Source: Podarcis muralis
Lineage: Eukaryota
Assembly: GCF_964188315.1 (NCBI RefSeq)
Contig: NC_135663.1
Span: 49,910,001 to 49,974,000, forward strand
Length of the DNA stretch: 64,000 nt
Direction: 5' to 3'
A program made the position numbers and the translations under genes. Numbering within the stretch: the stretch's first letter is position 1; each line of letters begins with the position of its first letter. Below, one piece after another: positions 63,901 through 64,000 of this stretch. The notes under the pieces were generated by a model. The model had not been told where the DNA came from. It saw only the letters and a program-made list of their open reading frames with translations, and did no database searches.

Positions 63901-64000
63901 AGGAAATGCTAGGATGTCAAGCAGACCATTTCTCCCTGTAAAGGCGCAGTCACCTAGGAATATTAACTGAGAAATAAGTGGCTTCTCCCAAGTGAGTGAG

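Noticed and set aside
1-64000. Conserved miRNA, snRNA, rRNA or endogenous non-retroviral virus sequences
   Set aside because: None was recognised by eye. This is not an exhaustive search and needs Infernal/Rfam and tBLASTn.

Overview
Vertebrate genomic DNA, almost certainly a lacertid lizard (Lacertidae-type Sauria SINEs, a Squam3-type SINE, BovB, squamate L2 and Penelope elements). No host protein-coding exon could be identified. The window reads as intergenic or long-intron sequence ending in a CpG-enriched, promoter-like zone (about 62.6-63.9 kb). The left end is a transposon nest: a Mag-type Ty3/gypsy LTR element with an uninterrupted gag-pol ORF running off the window, inserted in a Penelope-like element that carries a hammerhead-type motif and abuts an L2 fragment. 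The most interesting signal is three copies (18.6, 25.9, 55.1 kb) of a non-coding, RTE-derived short element. By-eye comparison suggests an HDV-like double-pseudoknot ribozyme at its 5' end, with an unusual hairpin inserted in L3. The predicted cleavage site coincides with the TSD-defined 5' end of the full-length copy, and another copy shows a twin-priming-type 5' inversion. The rest is SINEs, MITEs, LINE tails, microsatellites, an AT-rich palindrome and a 332-N gap. All calls were made by eye without database searches.
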